Made by a program: the position numbers and the translations under genes
Notes under the pieces: generated by a model
What the model saw: the letters and a program-made list of their open reading frames with translations, nothing else
Databases searched by the model: none
What the model was told of the DNA's origin: nothing
Shown: in pieces, positions 10,129-20,574 of the stretch
Numbering within the stretch: position 1 is the first letter of the stretch
Layout: the number at the start of each line of letters is the position of its first letter
NCBI GenBank assembly: GCA_016839555.1
Contig: JAEOUA010000008.1
Span: 1-64,000, forward strand
DNA: 64,000 nucleotides
Reading direction: 5' to 3'
DNA from: Promethearchaeota archaeon
Lineage (GTDB): Archaea; Asgardarchaeota; Lokiarchaeia; Sigyniarchaeales; SOKP01

Positions 10129-10785
10129 ATGGATGTTCTCTCCATTATGTATTATCTAGGTTTAATCATTCTAATAATATTTTTAGTTTGGATTTTCATC
10201 ATATTTGTTGTCCTTCGTATTATTAGAAAATTTTATAAATTTCCAATTCCTGCATTTTTCACACGATTAATTGATAATCCCATCAGAAGGAAGCTTATCC
10301 AAAAACCTAAAACGGTAGCTGAACGTTTAGATTTATCACCAGGAATGAAAGTTTTAGAAATTGGACCGGGAAAAGGGTCTTATACGAAAATTATTGCTAA
10401 GAAAATTTTGCCAGAGGGCGTTGTTTATGCAATAGATATTCAAGATTATATTATAAAGAACTTAAAAGAGGAAATAGAAAAAGAGAAAATATCCAATATA
10501 ATTCCCTTGATTGATAATGCTTACAATTTATCATTTGAAGAAAATAGTATAGATAGAATATTAGCAATCGCCTGTTTACCTGAAATTCCAGAGCCAGTAA
10601 AAGCATTAAAAGAATTTAGAAGAGTTCTTAAAGATGATGGAATTATTTCTTTGAGTGAATTATTTCCGGATCCTGATTATCCAACAAGAAAAAAAGAAAA
10701 GAAATGGGCTAAAGATGCGGGTTTAAAATTTAAAGAAGAATTTGGGAATTGGTTTGTCTATCAGTTGAATTTCGGAAAGAAATAA
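10129..10785 (+). CDS. Class I SAM-dependent methyltransferase with N-terminal membrane anchor
   Basis: VLEIGPGKG motif I, YAIDIQ, ALKEFRRVLKDDG. Confidence 0.9.
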   Translation: MDVLSIMYYLGLIILIIFLVWIFIIFVVLRIIRKFYKFPIPAFFTRLIDNPIRRKLIQKPKTVAERLDLSPGMKVLEIGPGKGSYTKIIAKKILPEGVVYAIDIQDYIIKNLKEEIEKEKISNIIPLIDNAYNLSFEENSIDRILAIACLPEIPEPVKALKEFRRVLKDDGIISLSELFPDPDYPTRKKEKKWAKDAGLKFKEEFGNWFVYQLNFGKK

Positions 10786-10808
10786 TAAGGAAAAAAATAA
10801 TTCAAAAA

Positions 10809-12062
10809 TTAAAAGTATTCATTTTTAATTCTCATCAGAGAAGCATCTATTATAATTAGCCCGCCAAGTATTATGAATGTATACATCAAATTCCAAGTTA
10901 CTAATAATCCAATAATAGGATAAAGAATTGCACGTAAGAGACTGCTAAACATATTTATGGTACTTAAAACAGTTGCTCTATCGTCAATTTTTATTTGTTT
11001 ATTGATTGATTCGATAAAAAAAATCTTTCGAGAAAAACCAAGACCTATAATTAATAACATTAAAATAATACCTATTGATTTTACCAATGTTAACCCCAGT
11101 AAAATAAAGCAAATCCCTGGAATGATCGTATAAATACGGATTAAGAGACTCTTATTTTTAATGTTGGTTCCTAGAGTAGGAACTATATTAGTAAACACCA
11201 CCTGGGAGATAGTCATAGCTGCGGAAACAAATCCAAAATATATCAAATCAATTTCAACTAGTTCTAAGTATGGTTGATATGTCCATATTAAAAAAAATAC
11301 AATTACTTCAAGAAAAATATACTCAAATGCGAAAATTCGAAGCCTTTTTGTATTTTTTAATTCCTTAAAACCGGAAATAATGACTTCTTGATATTTTTTT
11401 TGCCTTGTTTTGATTATGAATTGATTTGGTTCTTTAATTGTAAGGGATGTTATTGTTGCTAAGAAAAATGGAACTACCATTATAAACATTACAAATGGAA
11501 GTGAAATCAATTCTCCGATTATTGACCCTATAGGTGCTGAAATAAAAATCCCTATAAGCAATGAAGATTGAATTCGTGCCATTTTTATATTAATTTTATT
11601 CTGTAGGCCTATTTTTTTTAATGAATCATAGACTATCGCTTGATCGGTTCCCGATATTGAAGCCTGTGAAAAAGCCCATAAGGTCTCTCCTATTGCAAAG
11701 ATAAAAATATTAGGATAACTTGAATAAATTAACGCTGCGAGCACATTTGAGAGACCGCCTAAAAATAATAGAGACTTTCTGCTAATCATATCTGCAATAG
11801 CGCCACATGGAATTTCAAATATCAAAATCATAATTGTAAAATAACTTTCTAAGCACATTATTTCAAAAAAGCTCAGCTTACCCCATTGAGTAAAGAACGG
11901 AATAAGGACTCCAGAAATTAAATGAAAGTTTATTAAAAACTGAAATAGATATAATTTTTTGATATTCGTTTTCCATATTTTTAGATTTTCCATTGAAGTT
12001 TTTTGATTATAATTTGAATTATGCTCTAAAGAGCCACTCTTCTTATTTTCTTTTTCATTCAT
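10809..12062 (-). CDS. MFS transporter
   Basis: ~12 hydrophobic segments; EIPCGAIADMISRK MFS motif A. Confidence 0.9.
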   Translation of the reverse strand: MNEKENKKSGSLEHNSNYNQKTSMENLKIWKTNIKKLYLFQFLINFHLISGVLIPFFTQWGKLSFFEIMCLESYFTIMILIFEIPCGAIADMISRKSLLFLGGLSNVLAALIYSSYPNIFIFAIGETLWAFSQASISGTDQAIVYDSLKKIGLQNKINIKMARIQSSLLIGIFISAPIGSIIGELISLPFVMFIMVVPFFLATITSLTIKEPNQFIIKTRQKKYQEVIISGFKELKNTKRLRIFAFEYIFLEVIVFFLIWTYQPYLELVEIDLIYFGFVSAAMTISQVVFTNIVPTLGTNIKNKSLLIRIYTIIPGICFILLGLTLVKSIGIILMLLIIGLGFSRKIFFIESINKQIKIDDRATVLSTINMFSSLLRAILYPIIGLLVTWNLMYTFIILGGLIIIDASLMRIKNEYF

Positions 12063-12793
12063 ATTTTTTTCAAATCCAATATTTCACATATTACAGGTTT
12101 TTAAGATTTTTTTGAATTCATTATCTAATTTTATATAGACCTAGAAATTTATGTAATATTTTCTTAGAGAGAATATTATAACGAGAATGCATCAAATTAA
12201 ATAAAGAAGTGAATCAGCAAGGTCGAAAAAAGTTAATCCGAAGATTATTCAATGTGTCTATTTTAATATTAATTTTAGTGGAACAGGAGTTTTAATATTT
12301 ATAATATTGATGGCATAGAAATGAAGAGATTGAACTTTCATAATAATTAAGGTGGTATTCTTTCTCATATGTCCAACTCTTTTTCTAAGCATGATACTCA
12401 ACTAAAATTTTAATTAAATTTATAAAATGCTTATTTATATTTAAAGATATTCTTTAAAATGAATTTTTGCGGGAGAAAAATGGGATATTTATACTTTAGT
12501 CTTTGAAAAAAAGTTGGTTTTAAAGGTTTTTAAAGAAATTATCACATTTGATCAAAAAATCTTATTTTAATAATTGAAAAATGAATAATTCTTTAATTAT
12601 TCCATTGAAATGCTATGTTATGAGTATCTATATATATTAATTATTTTAAGTATTCAGAGAGATTTTGATAAAGATTAATCTTTAAAACATTGTAATATTT
12701 CAAAAATTACAATATAACACTAATAATAAAAATAAAAAGGAATTATTCAATCTCAAAAATATTGGAGGTTGTATTAAAGAAAAGGTGGAAAAA

Positions 12794-14755
12794 TTGTCTG
12801 AACAACAGACCAACGATAAACCTAAAGTGGGAGCCTTTATTTGTAGATGAGGAATTAACGTTGCCGGAACTGTTGATGTCCCAAAAGTTGTTGAGGAAAT
12901 CGATAAATTAGAAGGTGTGAGTGCTTTTGAATATCTAAATATGTGTACTTCTGGTGGCTCTGAATATATTCAGGAACAGATTAAGGAAAAGGGACTGGAA
13001 CGCATTGTTATAGCCGCTTGTACTCCCCTCACTCATGAGCCAGTATTTATGGATATTTTGAAGCAAGCAGGATTACCGCAAAGATATTTAGAATTTATTA
13101 ATATTAGAGAACATTGTTCTTATGTCCATCAAGATCCCGCCATTAGAGAAAAAGCTACGCAAAAAGCAATCGAACTTGTAAAAGCAGGAATTTCCAGATC
13201 ACGCTTATTGGAAGAAGTTCCTACAAAAACAGTACCAGTTACTCCGACAGCTTTAGTTATTGGTGGAGGAATTGGAGGAATTTCAGCAGCAATCGATTTA
13301 GGGAATGAGGGATATAAGGTCTATTTAGTAGAAAAGAACACTACGATAGGAGGGAGAATGGCCCAGCTTGATAGAACCTTTCCAACAGATGATTGTTCAA
13401 TATGAATTCTGGGTCCATTGATGCTCGAAGTGGAGAGAAACACGAATGTTGAAATTTTATCTTATAGCGAAGTAGTCAAGGTTGAGGGCTACATTGGTAA
13501 TTTTAAGGTACAAGTAAAGCGTAAGGCTCGATATGTTAATGAAGGGTTATGCACTGGATGTGGTTCCTGTACTGAAGTATGTCCCATATATGTTCCTAAT
13601 TATTTTGATGAAAATCTTTCCGCTCGTAAATGTATAGATATTGCATTTGCACAAGCAGTTCCTGCTATTTCAAATATAGAGCGAAACTCGTGTGTGGAAT
13701 GTTTTGCGTGCGTAGACGCTTGTGATAATGAAGCAATTGATTTTAGTCAAAAGGACGAAATAATTGAACTGGATATTGGTACAATATTAGTTGCGACTGG
13801 TTGGGACTTATATCAAGGGGATGATTATGGCTATGGTAAATTTGAAAACGTAGTCACTCAAGTGCAATTAGAAAGGATTCTTGCGCCAAATGGTCCGACA
13901 TTGGGACATTTGAAACGTCCTTCCGATAGAGAACGCCCTAAAAGAATATTATTTATTAATTGCGTGGGTTCAAGAAACTTAAATAGTAATGAGTATTGTA
14001 GTGTCGTATGCTGCAATTTATCAGTAAAAAATTCTAAACTGATTAAATCAGAATATCCTGATGCAGAAATAGTCGTAGCTTACATCGATATGCGATGCGG
14101 AGGTAAAATGTACGAAGAATATTACCGACGAGCTAGAAATGCAGGAATATTATTCGTAAAAGGGTTAGTGGGAAAAATCGAGGAAGATCCAGAAACGAAA
14201 AATATTCGAGTACAATTAGAACCAGTAGGATCGGATACCATTATAGAGAAGGAATTTGATATGGTGGTATTATCTTCTGCCTCATTACCCTCTCAAGGAA
14301 CCAATGAAATCGCAAAAGTAATGAATATCGAAAAATCACCAGATGGCTTTTTAAAGGAAGCACATCCACGGCTTGATCCTATTAGCACCAAAGTCCCAGG
14401 CGTATTTATCGCAGGGTCTTGTCAAGGACAAAAATCAATTGATCTTACTGTGAGTCAAGCGAAAGGAGCAGCATCTAGCGCAAGTATTCCTATGCATCAT
14501 GAAAAATACGTAATAGAGTTAATTCGTGCCAAACCTATTGATGAGCGATGTGCAAAATGCTATAAATGCATACTAGCGTGTCCCTATAGTGCTATTTCGG
14601 TAAACGAACAAGGATTAATTGAGGTTGATCTTATCAGTTGCAGAGGATGTGGAATTTGTGAAGCGCAATGCCCATCTAAAGCAATAGAATTAACACATTA
14701 TAAAGATAATCAATTTATGGCATATTTAGACGAAATATTGCCAATTATAGGTTAA
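12794..14755 (+). CDS. hdrA: Heterodisulfide reductase subunit A, selenoprotein with two Sec (TGA 12848-12850 and 13403-13405), ~653 aa
   Basis: One continuous frame: KVGAFICR[TGA][10 protein letters not shown]...VIGGGIGG (FAD)...TFPTDDCSI[TGA]ILGPLM...; both TGA sit at HdrA Cys positions (CxCG and DCxxC motifs); ferredoxin motifs; SD AAGGTGG before TTG; ends TAA. Confidence 0.93.
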
Positions 14756-14768
14756 AGAGGCTAAAATA

Positions 14769-15191
14769 ATGGAAGATAATATAAAGATAGTGGCTTTCCT
14801 CTGTCGGAAATGAGGATATGGAGGAGCTGATATGGCTGGCACAATTCGTGCCCAATATCCAACATCTCTTAGAACTGTAATGGTACCATGCACGGGTCGA
14901 GTCGATCCTGACCTTATAATGCGAGCATTTGGTCGTGGATCTGATGGGGTATTAGTTGTGGGATGATATCCCGGCGAATGCGATTACGAAAATGGAAATT
15001 ATTTCGCCTATAGATTAGTTGATTATTTAAAAGAAGTAATGGAATCGATTGGAATAGAATCCTCACGACTTCGAATGGAATTTTGTAGTTCTGCAGAAGG
15101 ACAGAAATTCCAGCAAATTGCGACTGAATTTCATAAGCAAATCGAAAAAATGGGTCCCAATCCTTTTAAAAAAGGCTCCTCAAAAAAATAA
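14769..15191 (+). CDS. mvhD: MvhD/VhuD [2Fe-2S] subunit, selenoprotein with two Sec (TGA 14811-14813 and 14964-14966), 140 aa; absent from the ORF track
   Basis: MEDNIKIVAFLCRK[U]GYGGADMAG...VPCTGRVD...GSDGVLVVG[U]YPGECDYENGN...LRMEFCSSAEG...MGPNP; ends TAA. Confidence 0.95.
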
Positions 15192-15193
15192 TT

Positions 15194-15246
15194 ATGTTTC
15201 CTGATGATATGAGATTAAAAAAACGAGAATCTCATTGAAGAAATGG
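15194..15246 (+). promoter_or_regulatory. Eukaryote-like SECIS element in the 3' UTR of hdrA-mvhD
   Basis: TTTC-CTG-ATGA-T-ATGAGATT-[AAAAAAACGAG]-AATCTCAT-T-GA-A-GAAA: AUGA/GA kink-turn core, perfect 8-bp upper helix, A-rich apical loop, lower TTTC/GAAA helix. Confidence 0.88.
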
Positions 15247-15372
15247 TTTGTGCCATTAATGAACATAAAGTAATAAATTTGTAATAAAAAAGTAGTAAAA
15301 ATAACTGTAAAGTTAAAATATTTAATCAAAATAACGTGCAAATTCTAACTTTATAAATTGAGTTGGACGTAA

Positions 15373-16515
15373 ATGGAAGTAAAAGCACAATACTTAATAA
15401 TGGAAAAAGATTTCCCCGGTTTATTAAAAGCTTTATTAAAGGAGGGAATAGTCGAAAAAATTATCGGAGCAGAGACAAAAGTAAGTAAAAAAACGGGGGA
15501 AGAGGACAGATTTACTGTATCTCCAATATTATGGAGTAACCCCGATGAAATTGAAAAGTTTCCCTTGTCAAATTTAATTGCGTATGGATATGCTCGCACA
15601 GATTCAGCATCAAAATATTTACATAAATCCGTTGATGGAGGAAAAAACCAAAAAATCGGTCTTATTGCAAGGCCTTGTGATATTAGGGCGTTAATTGAGC
15701 TTGCAAAAATCAGACAAGTCAATTTAGATAACTTATTCATTATTGCACTTGAAGAACAAGGTCTCATGTTAGATGTCTCAAAAAACTTAAAAAAAGCAAA
15801 AAATATTGATCCTTCTAAGATTATTAAAGAAAAAGTTGATGATGATGGCATCATTTTTCTCTTTGACGATGGAAAGACTAAAAAGGTTGAAATGGATATT
15901 GCAGATAATTGTTCCAGATGTTCACAAAAAAAGCCAGTGATGGCAGATATTTCTATTAGTAATATAGGATTACCTATTGATTCCAATTCGGTTATTTTAA
16001 AGGTTTATTCTGAAAAAGGTGCGGAATTACTAGAAAAGTCTGGAATAGAGGTAAAAGACTTACCGAATGACATTAAAAACGCCCATGAAGAGAAAATGAA
16101 AGAAATACTAGAAGCCGCTGAACAAAAATGGGCAAAGGATCTTGAAGAATGGAATCAGTTATCGCAAGAACAAAAGATTGAGCAATTGCTCAAATGTACT
16201 ATGTGTGGCATGTGTATACGGGCATGTCCTGTATGTTATTGCGTAGATTGCATATTACAACAAAAAAGGAAGGACAAAAATATTGATAATGTGAGTTATC
16301 AATTAACGAGGATTGCACATGTGGCAGATAGATGTGTACAATGTGGAAAATGCTCCAATAATTGTCCAGTGGATTTACCCCTTTCATTAATTTTTCAGGC
16401 GCTTAAAAAGCAATTTGCAGAGAAATTTAACTATCGGGCGGGCTCATCTGTGGAAGATATTCCCTTCAGAAGTGCGGAAGCAATTAAACAAATGGAATTA
16501 GAAAAGACTGCTTGA
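15373..16515 (+). CDS. FdhB/FrhB-related (FlxC-like) Fe-S protein with C-terminal 4Fe-4S dicluster
   Basis: ARPCDIRAL, NCSRC, CTMCGMCIRACPVCYC, HVADRCVQCGKCSNNCP; follows hdrA-mvhD. Confidence 0.8.
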   Translation: MEVKAQYLIMEKDFPGLLKALLKEGIVEKIIGAETKVSKKTGEEDRFTVSPILWSNPDEIEKFPLSNLIAYGYARTDSASKYLHKSVDGGKNQKIGLIARPCDIRALIELAKIRQVNLDNLFIIALEEQGLMLDVSKNLKKAKNIDPSKIIKEKVDDDGIIFLFDDGKTKKVEMDIADNCSRCSQKKPVMADISISNIGLPIDSNSVILKVYSEKGAELLEKSGIEVKDLPNDIKNAHEEKMKEILEAAEQKWAKDLEEWNQLSQEQKIEQLLKCTMCGMCIRACPVCYCVDCILQQKRKDKNIDNVSYQLTRIAHVADRCVQCGKCSNNCPVDLPLSLIFQALKKQFAEKFNYRAGSSVEDIPFRSAEAIKQMELEKTA

Positions 16516-16658
16516 ATGTTTATATTAAATTTTATTTTTTATATCTTTTTTTATATTTCTATTCGTTTAAATATATTATATTAAAAAGTCTCAGCTTAGT
16601 CTATTCCAATTTGATATATCAAAAAAAATATTATCCAGAAAAGATATTATTTTAATAT

Positions 16659-16892
16659 TTATATAGGAACTATAAAATGAGTTGACGTCCTTTCAATACC
16701 ATCGATACGGTGAATTCTCTTTAAAATCACATTAGAGATCGTTTGAATATCTTTTCCCTCCACTTTTAAAATCGCATCAATTGAACCAGTAACAACATTT
16801 GCCTCTTTTATTTCTTCCATTTCTTTTAATTTTGATATAGCATCCTCTACAAATCCAGCTTCAATTTTTAAAAAAATATAACATTCCGTCAT
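16659..16892 (-). CDS. Stand-alone Lrp/AsnC ligand-binding (RAM) domain protein
   Basis: EANVVTGSIDAILKVE, IHRIDGIERTST. Confidence 0.88.
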   Translation of the reverse strand: MTECYIFLKIEAGFVEDAISKLKEMEEIKEANVVTGSIDAILKVEGKDIQTISNVILKRIHRIDGIERTSTHFIVPI

Positions 16893-17262
16893 ATAAGTTT
16901 TACCATTTCTTTATTTGTTATTTAACATTAAAACCAAACTTATATTTAGTTTTTGTGTATTTTTAAGTTTTAATAAAACAGACATGATGTATTATTCTTT
17001 AAAATGAAATTTTTTGGACAATTGATATTTTGAAAAGATAACATTTTTAGATTAATGATAATCTCATACAAAAGGGTAAAAGTTAAGGAAAAGCTTTAAT
17101 AAGGCAAATTTTAATTCACTTCTTTTCGGGTTTTTTTTTATTTTTTCTTTTATGATTCAAATACAATTTAATAAGCTGATCTAAAAGTTTTAGAATCGTG
17201 AATAATGTTTTATATTATAATGATTATAGTTTATTAACAAAACACGAATCATAAAATTAAAA

Positions 17263-20200
17263 ATGCCGGTATTTAGTGGAAAGCAAGAAAAAAAAGAAAT
17301 GGTTTGGGACGAGGAAGATTTAAAAAAAGAGAAGAAACCGAAAGAATATGAGGAAAAATTTGAAAGTGAAGAAGTAAAAGTATACGCTGAGGATGAATGT
17401 TTAAAATACATAATTGAGATTTCAGAGGAAGTTAATCTCTCCCAAGATCATAATACAAAAATTGATTCATTCGAATTTAATGGAAATATTAAGGTTAAAA
17501 ACCCTTCTGATAAAAATAGATTATGGGATATTGAAGTATTATTGAATAAGATTGAAGCTACTGATTTAGAATCAGACAAGATAACTATTAAAGAATTGGG
17601 TGTTGATGATGATAATAATGAATATTTACAACAATTCAAATTGGAAACTGAAGCTCCAAAAAATCAATTACTCATAAAAGAGTATATTAATTCTTCCCTA
17701 AATGCAAATAAGATTCTTAACCTTAAAGATGTTGCACGAGACCTTAATGAATTAAGGCAAGAAAAAGTAGCAATAGAGAATAGAGAAAATCTATTAGAAT
17801 CATTTGGGATAGCCATTGATCAAGATAATACTATATTTTTTGCTATTGTGATTAAAAATATTTCTGACACACCAATTAAAGCCATTAATATTACGAAACA
17901 ATTTCCAGAACTTTTTTCAAATATCTCTATTATATCTAATTCTGCAGGTAAAGTAAATCTCAATGACAATGATGAGATTATTTGGAAAGTAGAAGAATTA
18001 AATCCTGATCTTTCAGAAATGATAAAAATATCCGCAAATATTTTAGTAGAAAGCATTGATGGAAGGGAAACAGGCCCAATAAATGCAAATTACTTAAGTG
18101 ATATTTCATTTACAGGAGATCTGAATATAAAAGACCACTCTGCATATACTCATAATAGCCATTATATAGATATTGTTGAGCGAGATGAGGCCCCTGAAAA
18201 TTGGGTTTGCCAATTTACATTCAATAATCCGACGGAATTTTGTATTGAACTGTTAGATATCGATATTCATGCTCCCGAGGAACCCGAAAATAAGTTCATA
18301 GCAATCGATTCCACATACACACCAAAATTGGGAGGGAATGGACAATGGACTTCAGAACCTTGGGAATATGAATTTAGTGATTATCCTTCCTTTAGGAAAA
18401 ATGTTGAATTTCGAGTCTTGCCTGAAGTCAAAACAATAGTTAGCGGAAATTTAATGATTTCTGATGTTCAATTATTTGTATCAAGTATAACTGGGGATGT
18501 TGTATATAGTCGTGAAGAGGAAATTACCGAAAGAATCACTAAAGATATAAGAGTACCTACATATAAGCGAGGGGAAGTATATTGCTCTTTAAAAATTGAA
18601 AATAATGGTTCAGCACCAATAAATGAAATCGGAATAATTCAGCAATTTTTTACAAATGAATTTAGAACACCTGAGACTAATGATATTGCTTTTAAAGTTA
18701 ATGATAAACTGGTGGAATTCTTTGATGCTGTTGAGATATCCATAAAAAATAATACTTTAAGCATTCAAATAAATGATTTAAGAAATACGGATATTGGACT
18801 GTTCAATCCGGGTGATATCCTTTTTGTAAATTATCCCATACAAATCATTAATCCTTCTCAAAAAGCTCGCTTTGAGTCAGATGTTATCTATACCGCAAAT
18901 ACATATCCAGAAATTATTCCTCTCGAAGTACGACCAGAAGTGCCTATTATTGAGGCAATTCATATAAGAAGAAAGATACGACTTAGTAAGGAAATCATTC
19001 CTTTGAGTGCTTTTGGCAATTATGAAATAATTCTGACTGCCCAAAATAATAGTACTATTATTTTAGAAGAATTAGAATTGGTTGATATTATACCTGAATA
19101 TTTTAAATTTGAAAAAAGTACGCAAGAACCATTAAGCATGGAACAGAATGGAGAGACTATCATTAAATGGGAAATTGAAGAACTAAAAGAAGAAGAGATG
19201 ATAGAAATCACGTATGAGGTATCTGGCTCTGGCGAATATGCTCCGAAAGAAATAATGCATGCTAAAAATTATCCCGTCATTATTGAGAAAGGAAAACCTT
19301 TGGAAAGTTATACTCTAAAAAAACAAGAAGAAGTAAAAACTGAAATTCAAGATGAATATATAGAGTTAGAAGAAGAGGAAGAAGAAGAGGAGGAAAAGGG
19401 ATGGAAAGAATTCACGGAAGAAGAAAAAGAGGAATATCGACGACAAAAGGAGGAAGAAAAAAAACAATTACAAGAGGATTTTGAAGAGTTCCTTGAAACT
19501 CAAACTTTAAAAGATGTAGTGGAATCTGTGGATAAAATTAGGGATTTAGAGCAAGTGAAAGATGAAGCTTTAAATCTAGATGAAAGAATTGAACAATTAG
19601 AAGAACAAGATCCAGAAAAAGCTGAAAAACTTAGAAATCTTAAGGAGAGACATGGATATTCTGTAAGGAATTACTTAATGGTCCTTGCTCAAGCACGAAA
19701 TCGAGGAGATAAAGAATTTAATGGGATTATTAATAGTTATATCAATTGGAAAAGAATGGGTGCTCAAGTGAAAAAAAATCCCGATAAATCTAAACCGTAC
19801 GGATTTAAAATTTTTGTTCCTGTGTTCAAATCAAAAGCTCAAGAAGAATTAAAAGGGTATAAGATGGGAACGGTATTTGATATTAGTCAGACGAACAAAT
19901 ATGAGGATTTTCTCGCCCAGAAAGAGGAGGTAAAAAAACTTGCGGAAGAAATGGAAGAAATAGAATATGAAAGGGCTCTTGAATTCACTGATAAAAACTT
20001 TCCCGAAGTTACTATTGAAGAGGATATAACTGGTGAAAAGGGAACTTATGAAAAAGATAATAAAACCATAATAGTCCATAAAAAAACATCGCATGACGTA
20101 TTTCATCAATTAGGGACCCACATTAGCGCTAAAAAAGGTTTATTAACTTCTGATAAGGATGGAGAACTTAAAAACGAGATTGTTTCAGAAATTGGATGCT

Positions 20201-20364
20201 ATTTATTGATGAAAAAATTTGAAGAAGGTCAAAAATATAAGATTAATTATGATTTTGGTTATAGCAATATTTGGGCCACGGAAATCCTTGACTCGTTTAA
20301 ATTTACGGAATTTGAAAAAGTTTATAACGAACTTGTGGAATATATAAAAGAACTTTCTATCTAA
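17263..20364 (+). CDS. Multi-beta-sandwich protein (mu-homology/DUF11-like) fused via an acidic linker to an ArdC-like ssDNA-binding + degenerate zincin module
   Basis: N-terminal ~665 aa paralogous to 21169-23274; poly-Glu linker; YSVRNYLMVLAQ..SYINWKRMGAQVKK..KIFVP..VFDISQT (ArdC-N pattern); VFHQLGTH..EIVSE. Confidence 0.7.
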   Translation: MPVFSGKQEKKEMVWDEEDLKKEKKPKEYEEKFESEEVKVYAEDECLKYIIEISEEVNLSQDHNTKIDSFEFNGNIKVKNPSDKNRLWDIEVLLNKIEATDLESDKITIKELGVDDDNNEYLQQFKLETEAPKNQLLIKEYINSSLNANKILNLKDVARDLNELRQEKVAIENRENLLESFGIAIDQDNTIFFAIVIKNISDTPIKAINITKQFPELFSNISIISNSAGKVNLNDNDEIIWKVEELNPDLSEMIKISANILVESIDGRETGPINANYLSDISFTGDLNIKDHSAYTHNSHYIDIVERDEAPENWVCQFTFNNPTEFCIELLDIDIHAPEEPENKFIAIDSTYTPKLGGNGQWTSEPWEYEFSDYPSFRKNVEFRVLPEVKTIVSGNLMISDVQLFVSSITGDVVYSREEEITERITKDIRVPTYKRGEVYCSLKIENNGSAPINEIGIIQQFFTNEFRTPETNDIAFKVNDKLVEFFDAVEISIKNNTLSIQINDLRNTDIGLFNPGDILFVNYPIQIINPSQKARFESDVIYTANTYPEIIPLEVRPEVPIIEAIHIRRKIRLSKEIIPLSAFGNYEIILTAQNNSTIILEELELVDIIPEYFKFEKSTQEPLSMEQNGETIIKWEIEELKEEEMIEITYEVSGSGEYAPKEIMHAKNYPVIIEKGKPLESYTLKKQEEVKTEIQDEYIELEEEEEEEEEKGWKEFTEEEKEEYRRQKEEEKKQLQEDFEEFLETQTLKDVVESVDKIRDLEQVKDEALNLDERIEQLEEQDPEKAEKLRNLKERHGYSVRNYLMVLAQARNRGDKEFNGIINSYINWKRMGAQVKKNPDKSKPYGFKIFVPVFKSKAQEELKGYKMGTVFDISQTNKYEDFLAQKEEVKKLAEEMEEIEYERALEFTDKNFPEVTIEEDITGEKGTYEKDNKTIIVHKKTSHDVFHQLGTHISAKKGLLTSDKDGELKNEIVSEIGCYLLMKKFEEGQKYKINYDFGYSNIWATEILDSFKFTEFEKVYNELVEYIKELSI

Positions 20365-20442
20365 GCAAAATATTATAATTGTATAATCTCATTTTTTTTA
20401 TTTTAATATATTTATGAATCCAATTTATGGAATAAAGGACAT

Positions 20443-20574
20443 TTAAGCAATTAATGAAATAGAGATAATAATAGCAAGAGAACTTATAATAAATGCTAAA
20501 ATTATAATTAATGTAATCAATGAAGATTTTGAAATCGTTTTTCTCTTCTTTTTCTCTCTTTTATAAGTTGGAAT
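20443..20574 (-). CDS. Putative 43-aa tail-anchored membrane microprotein (ATT start)
   Basis: SD AAGGTGAT + 5 nt + ATT; (M)PTYKREKKKRKTISKSSLITLIIILAFIISSLAIIISISLIA*. Confidence 0.6.
   Translation of the reverse strand: MPTYKREKKKRKTISKSSLITLIIILAFIISSLAIIISISLIA

Noticed and set aside
12258-12368. 36-codon ORF (MRKNTTLIIMKVQ...) upstream of the MFS gene as a leader peptide
   Set aside because: Short, no clear SD or attenuator structure; cannot be distinguished from chance
12794-15191. hdrA/mvhD as pseudogenes with nonsense mutations
   Set aside because: All four stops are TGA, all at Cys-motif positions, with no frameshifts and a SECIS-like hairpin downstream
9980-16515. Genome-wide reassignment of TGA
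   Set aside because: Ordinary genes (HIT at 9982, Fe-S gene at 16515, cysS) end at TGA at their expected lengths
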